Both the position numbers and the translations under genes were made by a program. Source: an uncultured Acidobacteriaceae bacterium (GTDB lineage: Bacteria > Acidobacteriota > Terriglobia > Terriglobales > Acidobacteriaceae). Taken from it: DNA of 64,000 nucleotides. This document shows, in pieces, positions 1-11,248 of the stretch (the first letter of the stretch is position 1; each line of letters starts with the position of its first letter). The notes under the pieces are model-generated. The model was not told the origin of the DNA and ran no database searches. It was given only the letters and a program-made list of their open reading frames with translations. The stretch spans positions 38,680 to 102,679 of the forward strand of contig CAVREJ010000028.1 in NCBI GenBank assembly GCA_963720135.1, given 5' to 3'.

Positions 1-20
1 CTCCCTGAATTACCTGTTGA

Positions 21-1247
<1,227 letters not shown>

Positions 1248-1264
1248 AGGTACGTCTATGAGGT

Positions 1265-1286
1265 GCTGCGGGAGTGCCCCCGCAGC
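1265..1286. terminator. GC-rich hairpin between convergent genes (possible bidirectional terminator)
   Basis: GCTGCGGG (1265-1272) and CCCGCAGC (1279-1286) form an 8-bp stem with a 6-nt loop in the 43-bp gap between two convergent stop codons. No clear U-tract. Confidence 0.35.
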
Positions 1287-1290
1287 CTGC

Positions 1291-2334
1291 CTATGACTTG
1301 GTGCCGTCAGTGATCTGCCGGGTAACCAGGCGGGCAGCTTTCACCGCGCTGACAACCTTGCCGGAAAAGACGAAAATTTCTCCCTTGTCCTTTTCCAGGA
1401 TGTAAAGGGTCCTGCGATCCTGGGCTGGGTTATCTTCCACCACGCGAATGGTGAAGCGCGAGCCAAGATAGACCGCGTTCCTGGAGGAGGGAACGGCGAG
1501 CGCAGAGTCTTTTCGCATTGCTTCAAATCTGCTGGGCGTGAACGGCTCGAAATCGGGCCGGTTCAGTAACGGTTGATAGATCTCGGGAATCGGCTCATCT
1601 GGATTTGTACTTGTCCAGTGATTCGTATTCTTGGCTGAACCAAACAGCGATTGCGGTGAACTGCCGTAAGGATCGAAAGCGGTGAATGGGCCATCCACAA
1701 CCACCAACGATATCCCTTGCAAAGATAGCGGAAGTTGAATCAGGATCTTTTCGGCGACTTGGTATTTCACGCCTTTAAACAAACCGCGCCCGGGTCCTAA
1801 TCCGTAAGTCGCCCATACCAAATAGTCATATTCGGGGCGCATGTCCGGAGTGAATGCCCGTTGATTGAATGGGATGTTGAGCGCCTTTATGCGCGACGAT
1901 AACATCTCTCGCAGAGTGTCCGGATCGTAGATCTGCTCGTCGACTTCGTAGCATTTGTCGATGAAGCCGAAATCCATCCACTCGGGTCGACAAGGCCGCG
2001 CGCTGAGATGATACTCGGCCATCACCTTTTCGAACAATGCGGGCGGAGTTTGCGAGCCTTCGTGGGGAATCGCGTAATAGTGCCGGCTGTTGCGCACAAT
2101 CGCGGGCGCGAATCTGTCCAAGAATTCGGCCCGGGCTTCCAGCGTTTCGCGAATGGTCTCCGGGCTGCGCGGATAGTGGTATCCCGAATGAATGCGGTAC
2201 TGGTTGATTGCGGACGCGGCACGCAAAACGCCGAGCGGATCGAAAAGATGAACCTCGTGGCCGGCCTCGGCAAGGCTGATGGCAATGGTAGCGCCGTAGA
2301 CTCCAGCCCCCGCGACCGCAACTTTGGATTTCAT
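1291..2334 (-). CDS. FAD-dependent oxidoreductase (DAO-like family)
   Basis: N-terminal dinucleotide-binding motif VAVAGAGVYGATIA. I moved the start to ATG 2334 (MKSKVAVAG), 13 nt after the stop of the upstream glycosyltransferase gene. Family-level call only. Confidence 0.65.
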   Translation of the reverse strand: MKSKVAVAGAGVYGATIAISLAEAGHEVHLFDPLGVLRAASAINQYRIHSGYHYPRSPETIRETLEARAEFLDRFAPAIVRNSRHYYAIPHEGSQTPPALFEKVMAEYHLSARPCRPEWMDFGFIDKCYEVDEQIYDPDTLREMLSSRIKALNIPFNQRAFTPDMRPEYDYLVWATYGLGPGRGLFKGVKYQVAEKILIQLPLSLQGISLVVVDGPFTAFDPYGSSPQSLFGSAKNTNHWTSTNPDEPIPEIYQPLLNRPDFEPFTPSRFEAMRKDSALAVPSSRNAVYLGSRFTIRVVEDNPAQDRRTLYILEKDKGEIFVFSGKVVSAVKAARLVTRQITDGTKS

Positions 2335-2347
2335 TGGACCTCGTTGC

Positions 2348-3505
2348 TTACGACCCAGCCTTCGGCACGACTGGAACCAGAATTCCTTCGCGGATGAAAT
2401 ATTCAACGCCGCGCCAACGTATGGATTTGCGGCCGAAACTGACCAGCCAGATGAGGAAGGCCATCGCATCCCACAGCGGTATCAAGGCCATTTTCTTCCA
2501 CAAGCCGGACTGCCTCATGCCCCAGATGCCAATTAGCCCGGTCATGGCGACTCGAAGCACGGCATAGCTGCCCAGGTATCCCAGCGCAACTGCCATTGAA
2601 GGGCGGGTCGCAATCGCGATCAGCGCCCAGGGCAGTCCCCAGGTGAAGATCAAACCGAAATGACCCCACGGCCGCATCAGCCTCATTACAGTCATCCAAC
2701 GAACGCGTTTGTAAAACAAATCACTGAGCGAGGCGAAATCAGCGACAGTCTGCACAACGTAGGGGAGCAGCTTGACCTCGTATCCCAACTCGGCGATCAG
2801 ACGGCCCACGCGCAGGTCATCAGCCGGACGATTTTCAATCGCCTCATAGCCGCCGAAAGCAGCGATATTCTTGCGAGTGGTGACGATGGTTTGTCCAAAG
2901 GTGAACTTCACGCCGTCCAATTGCCAGGCGACGAAAATCCCCGCAAAGAAATCGGAGATCATCCCGATCGATTGCACTTCCTGGACGAGCGTGGTCTCTT
3001 TGGTAGAAGCGTAAATGCAAGTCGCTGCCCCGACCTTGGGATCGCGGAAGGGCGCCGCCACGGCCCGCAAGTAATCGGGCCCAACCCGGATGTCGCCATC
3101 GGTGATAACCAGCAGCTCGTGCTGCGCTTCGCTTACCAGCCGGACCAGCCTGGCAATCTTGTCGTTGATCGCGCTGCGACCCGATCCGAAAAGCAGACGG
3201 ATGCGGCGTTCTGGAAAGTCCTGAACCAGTTTCTCTAGAATCGGCAGCGCCGGATCATCCGGATCGACGCAAAAAAGGATTTCGTATTCGGGATAATCCT
3301 GGCGGCAGAAGCTGGCATAGTTCTCGTAGGCATCAGGGTCGAGCCCTTTGATAGGCTTCAGGCAGCTTATCGGCGGCGTAAAGTCGGTGTTCGGCGGGAC
3401 TCGCTTCCAGCTCAGAAAGTAGCGTGCAGAACTATAGAGAGCCAGCAGGTAATAGATGCCGGGAATGGCAGCAACAGCGAGGACAATGTAGCTGAGGACT
3501 GTCAA
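2348..3505 (-). CDS. GT2/GT21-type glycosyltransferase (ceramide glucosyltransferase / HpnI-like)
   Basis: 385 aa with an N-terminal TM helix. Motifs: SCLKPIKG...YENYASFCRQDYPEYEILF, acidic ITDGDI motif, C-terminal KRVRW ((Q/R)xxRW-like), and C-terminal TM segments. This is the layout I associate with ceramide glucosyltransferase/HpnI enzymes. Confidence 0.7.
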   Translation of the reverse strand: MTVLSYIVLAVAAIPGIYYLLALYSSARYFLSWKRVPPNTDFTPPISCLKPIKGLDPDAYENYASFCRQDYPEYEILFCVDPDDPALPILEKLVQDFPERRIRLLFGSGRSAINDKIARLVRLVSEAQHELLVITDGDIRVGPDYLRAVAAPFRDPKVGAATCIYASTKETTLVQEVQSIGMISDFFAGIFVAWQLDGVKFTFGQTIVTTRKNIAAFGGYEAIENRPADDLRVGRLIAELGYEVKLLPYVVQTVADFASLSDLFYKRVRWMTVMRLMRPWGHFGLIFTWGLPWALIAIATRPSMAVALGYLGSYAVLRVAMTGLIGIWGMRQSGLWKKMALIPLWDAMAFLIWLVSFGRKSIRWRGVEYFIREGILVPVVPKAGS

Positions 3506-3776
3506 TCCGTCTGCTCTCCAACAAGGGGATTAGGTGGTTTCACGGGAACGGAGGAAAGCCAATCTCGTGGGCGCCAACTCTTGCCAGCGGGGAAGAATAG
3601 GAACCAGATCGACGCCGATTCCGAGCCGCTAAAATATCTCTTAAATTGTGGAGTGTAACATGTGAGGAAATCCCCCGTCGAACCGCGGCACCGCATCGCA
3701 CAGCCGGGTAGGACGAGCGGCGCGGCAGATTTGGGTGGTGCCGAAGACGGCGCCTTTTATATAGGAATGCGATTGC

Positions 3777-4794
3777 ATGCGCGTTTGCGTGACTGGCGGC
3801 ACAGGTTTTTTGGGCGCGGCCCTGGTGCGAGACCTGCTGGCCCGCAAAGTTCCCGTTCGAGTGTTAGCCCGGCATTCGCAGCGTGCCGATCTACTGGAAA
3901 CGCACGGCGCGGAAGTTGTGCGTGGAGGATTGGAAGATGCAGACAGTATCACCCGCGCGGTTGAAGGGGTTGACGTTGTCTATCATCTCGCAGCCAAGGT
4001 CGATACTCCCGGCAAAAGAGCAGATTTCCTTAAAACCAATTTGGAGCGGAACGGAGAGGGTCCTGACCGCATGTCTCCGACAAGGGGTTAACCGCGTCGT
4101 ATATTCCAGTTCACTGGCAGTCTACGGCCCGGTCCGAAACGGCCGGCCAATCGACGAGACAACTCCCTACGATGCATCGCCGCAGCTACGCGACTTTTAT
4201 GCCGAATCGAAAATCCTGGCAGATGAGTTTGCCGTCAGCTTCGCACAAGAAACGGGATTACCGTTAACCATCGTCAGGCCTGGCATTGTGTATGGTCCAG
4301 GCAAGCAACTTCCGGTGGGCCTGCTGGGATTCACGCTGGGGAAGAGCAACTTCGTATTCGGCAATCCGAATAACCGCATTCCACTGAACTACGTGGAGAA
4401 TCTGGTCGATGCGTTGCACCTGGTTGTTCATTTCGCGAGTGATGAGCAACTCCAGCAATTCAATATCCTCGATGACGACGAACTCACCCTGGCGAAGTAC
4501 CACGCGGCGAGAACCGAGGTAGACAAAACGACAACTCATTTTTCCGGAGGTTGGCCGGTGCTTCTTGCGGCGCCTTTCGCGGAAGCCATCCTGCGAATGA
4601 CGCCAAACGGCGGCAGCGTGCGGTTTTCAAGGCACCAACTGAAGCGAGCGCTGCAGGATCGCTGGTATGACACGCATCGAATCCGCGAGCAAACCGGCTG
4701 GGTGCCGAAGGTGCCGCTGAAGGAAGCGCTGTACCGCACATGGAAAACTGACGCGAATCGTTCAACCAAACCTGGGCTGGGAGACGGAAGTTAG
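3777..4794 (+). pseudogene. NAD-dependent epimerase/dehydratase (extended SDR, 3-beta-HSD-like), interrupted by one apparent frameshift
   Basis: ORF 3777-4091 carries MRVCVTGGTGFLG. Overlapping ORF 3883-4794 carries the rest (VYSSSLAVYG, YAESK). The two frames join colinearly (...DFLKTNLE | GTERVLTAC...) if one base is added or removed near 4038-4052. Confidence 0.7.
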
Positions 4795-5561
4795 GACGCA
4801 CTAGAGGCAGTAGGAGTCGGGGTTTCTAAGAAAATCGGCGGGCCGGGCGAAGGAGAGGCGACTACGGTTCGCACCAGATCACCCGTAATTTGCCACCAAC
4901 CATAAAAGGTCTTGCCACCCTCATAAACGACGTGCAGCGGGCGCCAGCTGTTGAGGCTATCGGACTGCAAGGCGAAGGAAGGGTCTTCTGCGTGGTCTTC
5001 GTCTACCGGCTGCGCCGGACGGCCGGGATGAACTATCACGCTGCGGGTATCGATCCGAAGCCCAGTGCGCAGCGCTTTCATGGTGCTTTCCTTTGCACTC
5101 CAGAGCAAGGCCAAGAGCCGCGGTCGGTCGGGCGCGCACGTCCGCTCAATCAAGGCTCGCTCTCCATTCGTGAAGTAGTCGGCAATAAATGCGTCGCTAC
5201 GCGTCTCGATCAGTTCCAAGTCGCAACCCAGTTCCGCATTCGACGGCGCGATGGCACATGAAGCAACACCGGCGCGGTGGCTGAGCGAAATGGTAATCGG
5301 CACTGGTTTGTTCGCCACAAAAACTTCGGGCGCGCCAGACGCCGCCGGCCGTACCTCGATATCCGCAAGGGCACGCGGATGGCTGGGGAGCTTCCAGTAA
5401 ATCGCCAGCGCGCGTTTCCCCGTCCATCGGCCCAACCGCCAGTCGGCGTGGCGCTTGGCGAAACGCATACCGTCCAGTCGAGTCGCTTCGCTGGCGCTTA
5501 ACCAATCACTCTCCGACGGCACTTCGGCTTCGGTCTGTTCCAGCCAATACACGTCCATCAT
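4791..5561 (-). CDS. 4'-phosphopantetheinyl transferase (Sfp/PfaE type)
   Basis: 256 aa with a two-domain PPTase layout, GCDLE acidic site and LWSAKESTMKA (W-x-x-KE-x-x-x-K) motif. Its ATG overlaps the stop of the carboxylase gene (ATGA at 5558-5561). Confidence 0.8.
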   Translation of the reverse strand: MMDVYWLEQTEAEVPSESDWLSASEATRLDGMRFAKRHADWRLGRWTGKRALAIYWKLPSHPRALADIEVRPAASGAPEVFVANKPVPITISLSHRAGVASCAIAPSNAELGCDLELIETRSDAFIADYFTNGERALIERTCAPDRPRLLALLWSAKESTMKALRTGLRIDTRSVIVHPGRPAQPVDEDHAEDPSFALQSDSLNSWRPLHVVYEGGKTFYGWWQITGDLVRTVVASPSPGPPIFLETPTPTASSAS

Positions 5562-8500
5562 GCTTGTCCGACGCCGGAGATCATGAGTATCTCCTCAACG
5601 GGCGCCTCTTTCCGTAAAGGATTTCCGGCTTGTACCTCCCTGAGTACCGACTCCTCGGTCTTTCTCATGCCGCGTTCGACGGCATCGATGAGGTACGGGC
5701 GAAGACTTGCCGGCGGAAGAATACGATTCAGAGCACCTACCCTGAGTGCCCGATGCACACTATGTACGCGATCGAATTCCTCAGCCATCTCACCCAGCTT
5801 CTCCGAGTGTACGACTTTGAAAAGTTCGTTCCATTCAGCGCGCAGCCGGGCCTTCTCCTTGCCGTCGGCCTTAGCCATTGCTTGGGTCAGCGCTTCCACT
5901 CGCTCGTCCTTACGGGCCCGGGATTCGACTTCGCTGGAAAACACGACGGCCGCCGCGGGTGCGCCACCAATGACAGAAGCGTAAGTTCCCTCCAACGCTA
6001 CCACCTCGAGCTGCTCGTTCAGCGCCCGCGAGAAAACTACATACGCGCCCCCGTGATAGCGGGAAATCACGCAAAAGATCATGGGGCCTTTGAAGTTGAC
6101 CACGGCCCGCCCAATCTGCGCGCCGTACTCAAGCTGTAGCTTACGCATCGATTCGGGCGATCCGTCAAACCCCGACAGATTGGCCAGAATAACTACTGGC
6201 CGATTATTGCTGGCCGCATTGATCGCTCGAGCCAACTTCTTCGAGGAGAGAGGAAACAGCGTCCCAGCACTCCATTGGTCGGGTCCATCTGCCGGGACAA
6301 ATCCTAAGCGGGGGACCTGCTTGGATTCGATGCCGATGAGGCAAACCGGATAGCCGCCGAGATGGGCATCCCAAACCACTGCAGTTTCGGCGCCCCGCAT
6401 GCCGGGCCAGCGTTCCAGTGGACAAAGGTCCTGGTCCACAACTGCCCGCATCACGCTGCGAATGTCGAAGGACTTCTTCCGCCCGGCGTTGGTGTCGTCG
6501 GAGAAAATCTCGCCCACTCGAGCGAAACCGTTATCAGAACCGGTGCCGTGCGGGTATGCCCGCACATCGCGGTCAATGGGGTCGTTGGTGGCGGCCCGCC
6601 GCGGGAATCGCTCGCCCGGTGCTATGTAGGTGTGCTCATAATGGCGCAAAAGAATGTGGCAGGCTTGATCAATGTCGCGTGCCCAATACTGCGCCTGGCC
6701 GTTGATGCCCATGACGCGATCGTACCCGCCGATACCTTCGTTGTCCTCGGCTGAGACGCTGCCCGAATAATCAAGGGCACGCTTGCCGGTGAGCACCATT
6801 GCCGCTTTCGGCGTCATGATCAGAATGCCGCGGGTATGCATGAGCATGGTCGCTTCGGCGTTCCAATAGGGCTGTGCTCCGACGTTGATCCCGTTGATCA
6901 CCAGATTCACTTCGCCGCCTGCCTGCGTGAACTCGACCAGACGACGCAGGACGCGGGCAATCCAGTCCATGTTTTCCACGCCACTCTCCATCGAGATCTT
7001 CGCGCCAGCCGAGATCGGAAACCACTCCAGTGGAACGCCCATCTCTGCGGCAAGATCCAGGGCTGCTAGGATGCGCCGGCATTCGGGTTCAGCGAGTGCG
7101 CCCAGATCGCCGCTCGGATCGCCTAACAGCAACACTCTCGTCATGCCCTCGGGATACTTGGCGGTAAAGTTGCGGATGACGCCAACGATGATGTTGGATT
7201 TATTTTGTCCCGGCGCACGATCGACCGGTATCAGACGGCCTTCTGAATCAAGATCGTGCTCCAGAAAATCGCCGGGGGGGAATTCCGCGCGAGTATTCTC
7301 GCGGGCAGGCGTCAGCATTTTGATGATTTCGTAGGGATAAATGAGTCCCCGCCGGCGCATCCGAACGACCTTCTGGTTGTACTCGGTCAACGGTTTCATC
7401 AGTTGTAGCGTGCTAAGCGGCCTGAAGGTCATAAGCAAACCCGCGTCGCCGGGCGCCGAAATGCGCATCACCATGTCGCGCAATTCGCCGGTCTGCGGAT
7501 TGGGAATACAAGCGCGGACTACCACTTGTTCTAAACCCAGGCCATCCGTCGACGAGGCCAGTTTGTGTGCGATATCGTTGAGTTCATCCGGCTTGAGGTC
7601 GAATACCGGCCAAACGTAAAGGAAGATCCGATTCCAGTAGAGCCGCTCGTGCGCAGCGCGCCGCGACTGAAACAGCCGGATGCCCGCTACTGCTTCGGCG
7701 AACATGCGCTCCAAGTGTGGCAGTTGGACGATGCGACCTGTCTCGTCTCGTACCGGAGTTAAGTCACGGACTTCCGCAACCGCAAACAGCCGCTCGTCTT
7801 TGGGATTTTCTTTCGCCCTGGCATGCAGGAGATATACGTCTTCAACCGACGGCAGCCGCTCAACGGAAAAGTTCTTCAAGCGCCAGAGATGTAGCCGTTC
7901 GGCCATCATCGGGTGCACTCCACGGAAGAGCTTTTCTTCTGCAAAAACATTTGTGGAGAATTGATAAGTGAAGTGTTGCATGCCGGCCATGCCTTCGCCG
8001 CGACCAGGCCCCGAGACTGCCACCACGATCCGCTCAACGGGGCGAGGGAAGCAAGCCTGGTTAAGCCGGGAGCAAACTTCCTGCTGCGTGACCTCTTGCT
8101 CGGCCAGCGAACCGGAGTTCCACAGGTATAGATCGATAACAATGTCGTGCTCGGCCGGCACGTCCGCTATGCTAGGACACATTGCCTGTATCGCTTCCGC
8201 GAGCCGATCGTAATCAGCGTGGGCGGCCAAGACGTGGACGCGCCTTCCATCCTTGACATATTCCGCCGACACGCAGGAGTTTCCATTCGCCGGCAGAGGA
8301 CGAAAGTTCATGAGTGATTGCCCACGATAATATCGAGACGTGACCACTTCCAACATCAGGCGGCGCAACTCGGGGTCCGCGGCGGCAAAGCGGCGCGAGA
8401 AGAGGCTCGCCAGCGGTTGCGGACATTCGATCAACGCACTAACTCTCTCGTGCCGGTCCGCGGCTTCCGGGTTGGCAGCGAGGTAGGCGAGATGATCTCC

Positions 8501-11209
8501 GGCTTGCGCATAGATCTGTTTACGTGATTGCTCAAACAGCGCCTGCTCGAAGCACCGATAGCGCAGCTCGCGGGCGAGATGGCAGATGGAGGGAAAGGGT
8601 CCGCGGGTGATGGCAATCATTCGGTCCAGCAATAAACGGAACGAGTCGTCGGCGTGTGTCGCAAGGCTGTCGACACGTGCCAGACGCCGTTCCAGCAAAC
8701 CCAGAATAGGCGCCACTTGCCGCTCGACCCGTTGATGCGACTTGTAGATCCAGAGCAAGCTCTCTTCCAGTTCGGGCGAGCGGTCCAGAGTCTTCACGCC
8801 ATAATGAGCGAGGGTGCGCCGGAGCGCGTCCATAAACGCAGGCGGAAGTCCTTCGCCGTGCGTTTCCAGCATGCGCGAGTAGGAAAACAGGTACGCCTCG
8901 GTGCTGGGCTCTTCCCCACCGGCGGGACCATGCACGCTCGGCTTTCGGCGAAACAGAGAACATACATCCACAAAAATGTTGAGGATCTCATCTTCGCGGC
9001 GGACTACTTCGTCGCTGTCCGCCGGGGCTTCATGGAACTGACTCCATTGCGCGAACAGCCGCGTTGTCTGGGCCGGGTCCGCGTCGAAACCCAGCATGAG
9101 GTGCCGCAGTTCTTCCAAATCTTGCCGCCAGCGAGGTTGATTGCAAGGTTCGTTCGTGGTCGGCGTTTCACCAAACACCAGCCGCTGCATTGTTGCCGAT
9201 GTTTGGTCATCTGCGATGGCTTCGATTTGCACCAGTGGATCTCCGGCCGCTACCTGCACGTGCGGTATTGTCATTACTTGCCGCACTTTTCCGGAAAACG
9301 GCGCCATGACCGCCATCTCCATTTTCATTGCTTCCAACACAGCCAGGGTATCCCCGACGGAAACGGAGTCGCCCACCTTCACAGCGATGGAAACCACAAC
9401 TGACGGCCCCGGCGCGTGCACCACTCCACCGTCATCTCGATTGATCGAGTGCGACACGCCGTCCACTTCGATCCGGTAATTTACTCCTTGAACTACAGAA
9501 ACGAGGTGGAAGCGCCGTCCGAAGGCGGTGAGCCAATATTCAAACTTGCCCAGAGGGTGGATGAGAGCTTCGATGCATGATCCATCCACTTCTACGCGGT
9601 ACTGATGGGGGCCGAGGCAACAAATCCTGAGAGAGTAGCCTTGTCCTCGATAGCGCAGTTCCACGGTTCGGCCCAGCTCATGCCGAACGTGTGGGCGTCC
9701 GCGAACGGCTGAAGCATAGAACTGCGACTGTTCCACCGCCAACTCTGTGGAGTATGCCTCGATCGCGGCCTGCACCAGCGCTACCTGCGCGTGACGCCTG
9801 GAACAGTGCTCGCCGTTCGCCGCCAGACGGTCCAGCCATCCGATATCAACTTCGGCTCGCTGTACGTCGGGGCGGTTCACCAAGTCCAGCAGGAACGCCT
9901 TGTTACTGGCTCCGCCTTTGATGACGACAACGCTCTCGCGTAGCACCCGCTGCAGCCTGGAAAGAGCTTCCTTCCGGTTCTGCCCGTAGGTGATGATCTT
10001 GGCGATCATGGAGTCGAACTCCGGTGGGATAGCATCACCTACGGCCACACCGGTATCAATGCGCACTCCGGGGCCGGTGGCAAGCCTGAACCGTTCAATC
10101 ACACCCGGAGCGGGAGCGAATCCGTTTTCTGGATCTTCGGCGTTCAGCCGCACCTCAATCGCGTGACCGGTGGTCCGGGGAGGATCGCCTTCCAGACGTC
10201 CGCCGCGTGCGACGTGAATCTGAAGCTTGACGAGGTCGAATCCGGTGGTGCGTTCGGTCACTGGATGTTCGACTTGCAACCGGGTATTCATCTCCATGAA
10301 GGAGAAGCGGTGGCTTTCCGGTTGATACAGGAATTCAACGGTACCGGCGTTGTAATATCCTGCCGCCTGGCTCAAGCGCACAGCGGCCTCGCGGAGCGCC
10401 TGATCTTGCAGGATAGTAAGCGCGGGCGAGGGCGCTTCTTCCAGGACTTTCTGATGGTGGCGTTGAATGGTACAGTCACGCACTCCGACTGCCCACGTGG
10501 TCCCATACTGATCGGCGATGACCTGCACCTCAACGTGGCGCGCCGCCAGAAGCAATTGCTCCATGAAAACGGTGGCATTGCCGAAGGCCTTGAACGCTTC
10601 CGCGCGGGCGCCTTCAAAGGACGTCAGGAGCTGGGCCGCGGAGTTCACGCGACGAATGCCGTGACCGCCCCCTCCAGCGGTGGCCTTAATCAGGAGCGGA
10701 TAGCCAAGGCGTTCGGCATGACGCTTCGCATCAGCGAACGTTTCCACCGGGCCGCCGCTCCAGGGCGCCACCGGTATCTGGGCCTGCTCGGCCAGCAGTT
10801 TCGAGGCAATCTTGTCGCCCAGACGTCGCATCACATCGCCATCCGGGCCGATAAACACGATATCGAGCTTGCGGCAAAGGTCTGCGAACTCAGGGTGCTC
10901 CGCGACAAAACCCCATCCCACCCAGACCGCCTCCGCGCGTGCTGCCGTCAGCGTCCGTTCGAGCAAGTCATAATCGACGTAGCTGCTCTTGGAGTGACCC
11001 GTGGCCGGATCGTTGAGGAAAGCATCACCAAGAAACACGGCTTCGTCTGCCTCGCAAACGAACATAGCGTGGCGATCGGGCTCAGTGTAGAGCGCAATGG
11101 TACACAACGATGTGCCGTTCTCTTGATTGAACTCGCGCGCCGCATGTATGAAGCGCATCGCGGCTTCGCCACGATTGACAATGGCGACCCGTTGAAATTC
11201 GTGCTGCAT
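5558..11209 (-). CDS. Single-chain multidomain acetyl/acyl-CoA carboxylase (BC - BCCP - central region - CT)
   Basis: 1,883-aa ORF.
- Biotin carboxylase: RVAIVNRGEAA, AGGGGHGIR, MEMNTRLQVEHPVTE.
- Biotinyl domain: EAMKME, Lys codon AAA at 9323-9325.
- Long central region.
- C-terminal carboxyltransferase resembling multidomain eukaryote-type ACC.
GAGGAG SD lies upstream of ATG 11209. Confidence 0.9.
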   Translation of the reverse strand: MQHEFQRVAIVNRGEAAMRFIHAAREFNQENGTSLCTIALYTEPDRHAMFVCEADEAVFLGDAFLNDPATGHSKSSYVDYDLLERTLTAARAEAVWVGWGFVAEHPEFADLCRKLDIVFIGPDGDVMRRLGDKIASKLLAEQAQIPVAPWSGGPVETFADAKRHAERLGYPLLIKATAGGGGHGIRRVNSAAQLLTSFEGARAEAFKAFGNATVFMEQLLLAARHVEVQVIADQYGTTWAVGVRDCTIQRHHQKVLEEAPSPALTILQDQALREAAVRLSQAAGYYNAGTVEFLYQPESHRFSFMEMNTRLQVEHPVTERTTGFDLVKLQIHVARGGRLEGDPPRTTGHAIEVRLNAEDPENGFAPAPGVIERFRLATGPGVRIDTGVAVGDAIPPEFDSMIAKIITYGQNRKEALSRLQRVLRESVVVIKGGASNKAFLLDLVNRPDVQRAEVDIGWLDRLAANGEHCSRRHAQVALVQAAIEAYSTELAVEQSQFYASAVRGRPHVRHELGRTVELRYRGQGYSLRICCLGPHQYRVEVDGSCIEALIHPLGKFEYWLTAFGRRFHLVSVVQGVNYRIEVDGVSHSINRDDGGVVHAPGPSVVVSIAVKVGDSVSVGDTLAVLEAMKMEMAVMAPFSGKVRQVMTIPHVQVAAGDPLVQIEAIADDQTSATMQRLVFGETPTTNEPCNQPRWRQDLEELRHLMLGFDADPAQTTRLFAQWSQFHEAPADSDEVVRREDEILNIFVDVCSLFRRKPSVHGPAGGEEPSTEAYLFSYSRMLETHGEGLPPAFMDALRRTLAHYGVKTLDRSPELEESLLWIYKSHQRVERQVAPILGLLERRLARVDSLATHADDSFRLLLDRMIAITRGPFPSICHLARELRYRCFEQALFEQSRKQIYAQAGDHLAYLAANPEAADRHERVSALIECPQPLASLFSRRFAAADPELRRLMLEVVTSRYYRGQSLMNFRPLPANGNSCVSAEYVKDGRRVHVLAAHADYDRLAEAIQAMCPSIADVPAEHDIVIDLYLWNSGSLAEQEVTQQEVCSRLNQACFPRPVERIVVAVSGPGRGEGMAGMQHFTYQFSTNVFAEEKLFRGVHPMMAERLHLWRLKNFSVERLPSVEDVYLLHARAKENPKDERLFAVAEVRDLTPVRDETGRIVQLPHLERMFAEAVAGIRLFQSRRAAHERLYWNRIFLYVWPVFDLKPDELNDIAHKLASSTDGLGLEQVVVRACIPNPQTGELRDMVMRISAPGDAGLLMTFRPLSTLQLMKPLTEYNQKVVRMRRRGLIYPYEIIKMLTPARENTRAEFPPGDFLEHDLDSEGRLIPVDRAPGQNKSNIIVGVIRNFTAKYPEGMTRVLLLGDPSGDLGALAEPECRRILAALDLAAEMGVPLEWFPISAGAKISMESGVENMDWIARVLRRLVEFTQAGGEVNLVINGINVGAQPYWNAEATMLMHTRGILIMTPKAAMVLTGKRALDYSGSVSAEDNEGIGGYDRVMGINGQAQYWARDIDQACHILLRHYEHTYIAPGERFPRRAATNDPIDRDVRAYPHGTGSDNGFARVGEIFSDDTNAGRKKSFDIRSVMRAVVDQDLCPLERWPGMRGAETAVVWDAHLGGYPVCLIGIESKQVPRLGFVPADGPDQWSAGTLFPLSSKKLARAINAASNNRPVVILANLSGFDGSPESMRKLQLEYGAQIGRAVVNFKGPMIFCVISRYHGGAYVVFSRALNEQLEVVALEGTYASVIGGAPAAAVVFSSEVESRARKDERVEALTQAMAKADGKEKARLRAEWNELFKVVHSEKLGEMAEEFDRVHSVHRALRVGALNRILPPASLRPYLIDAVERGMRKTEESVLREVQAGNPLRKEAPVEEILMISGVGQA

Positions 11210-11248
11210 AAACTCTCCTCAACCGACCGGCCAGATCAATCGCATTGA

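Noticed and set aside
10163-11248. 361-aa plus-strand ORF
   Set aside because: It lies entirely antisense to the biotin-carboxylase part of the 1,883-aa carboxylase gene, whose motifs are unambiguous. It has Arg/Gly/Ala-rich composition and no recognisable motif, the typical shadow ORF of GC-rich DNA.
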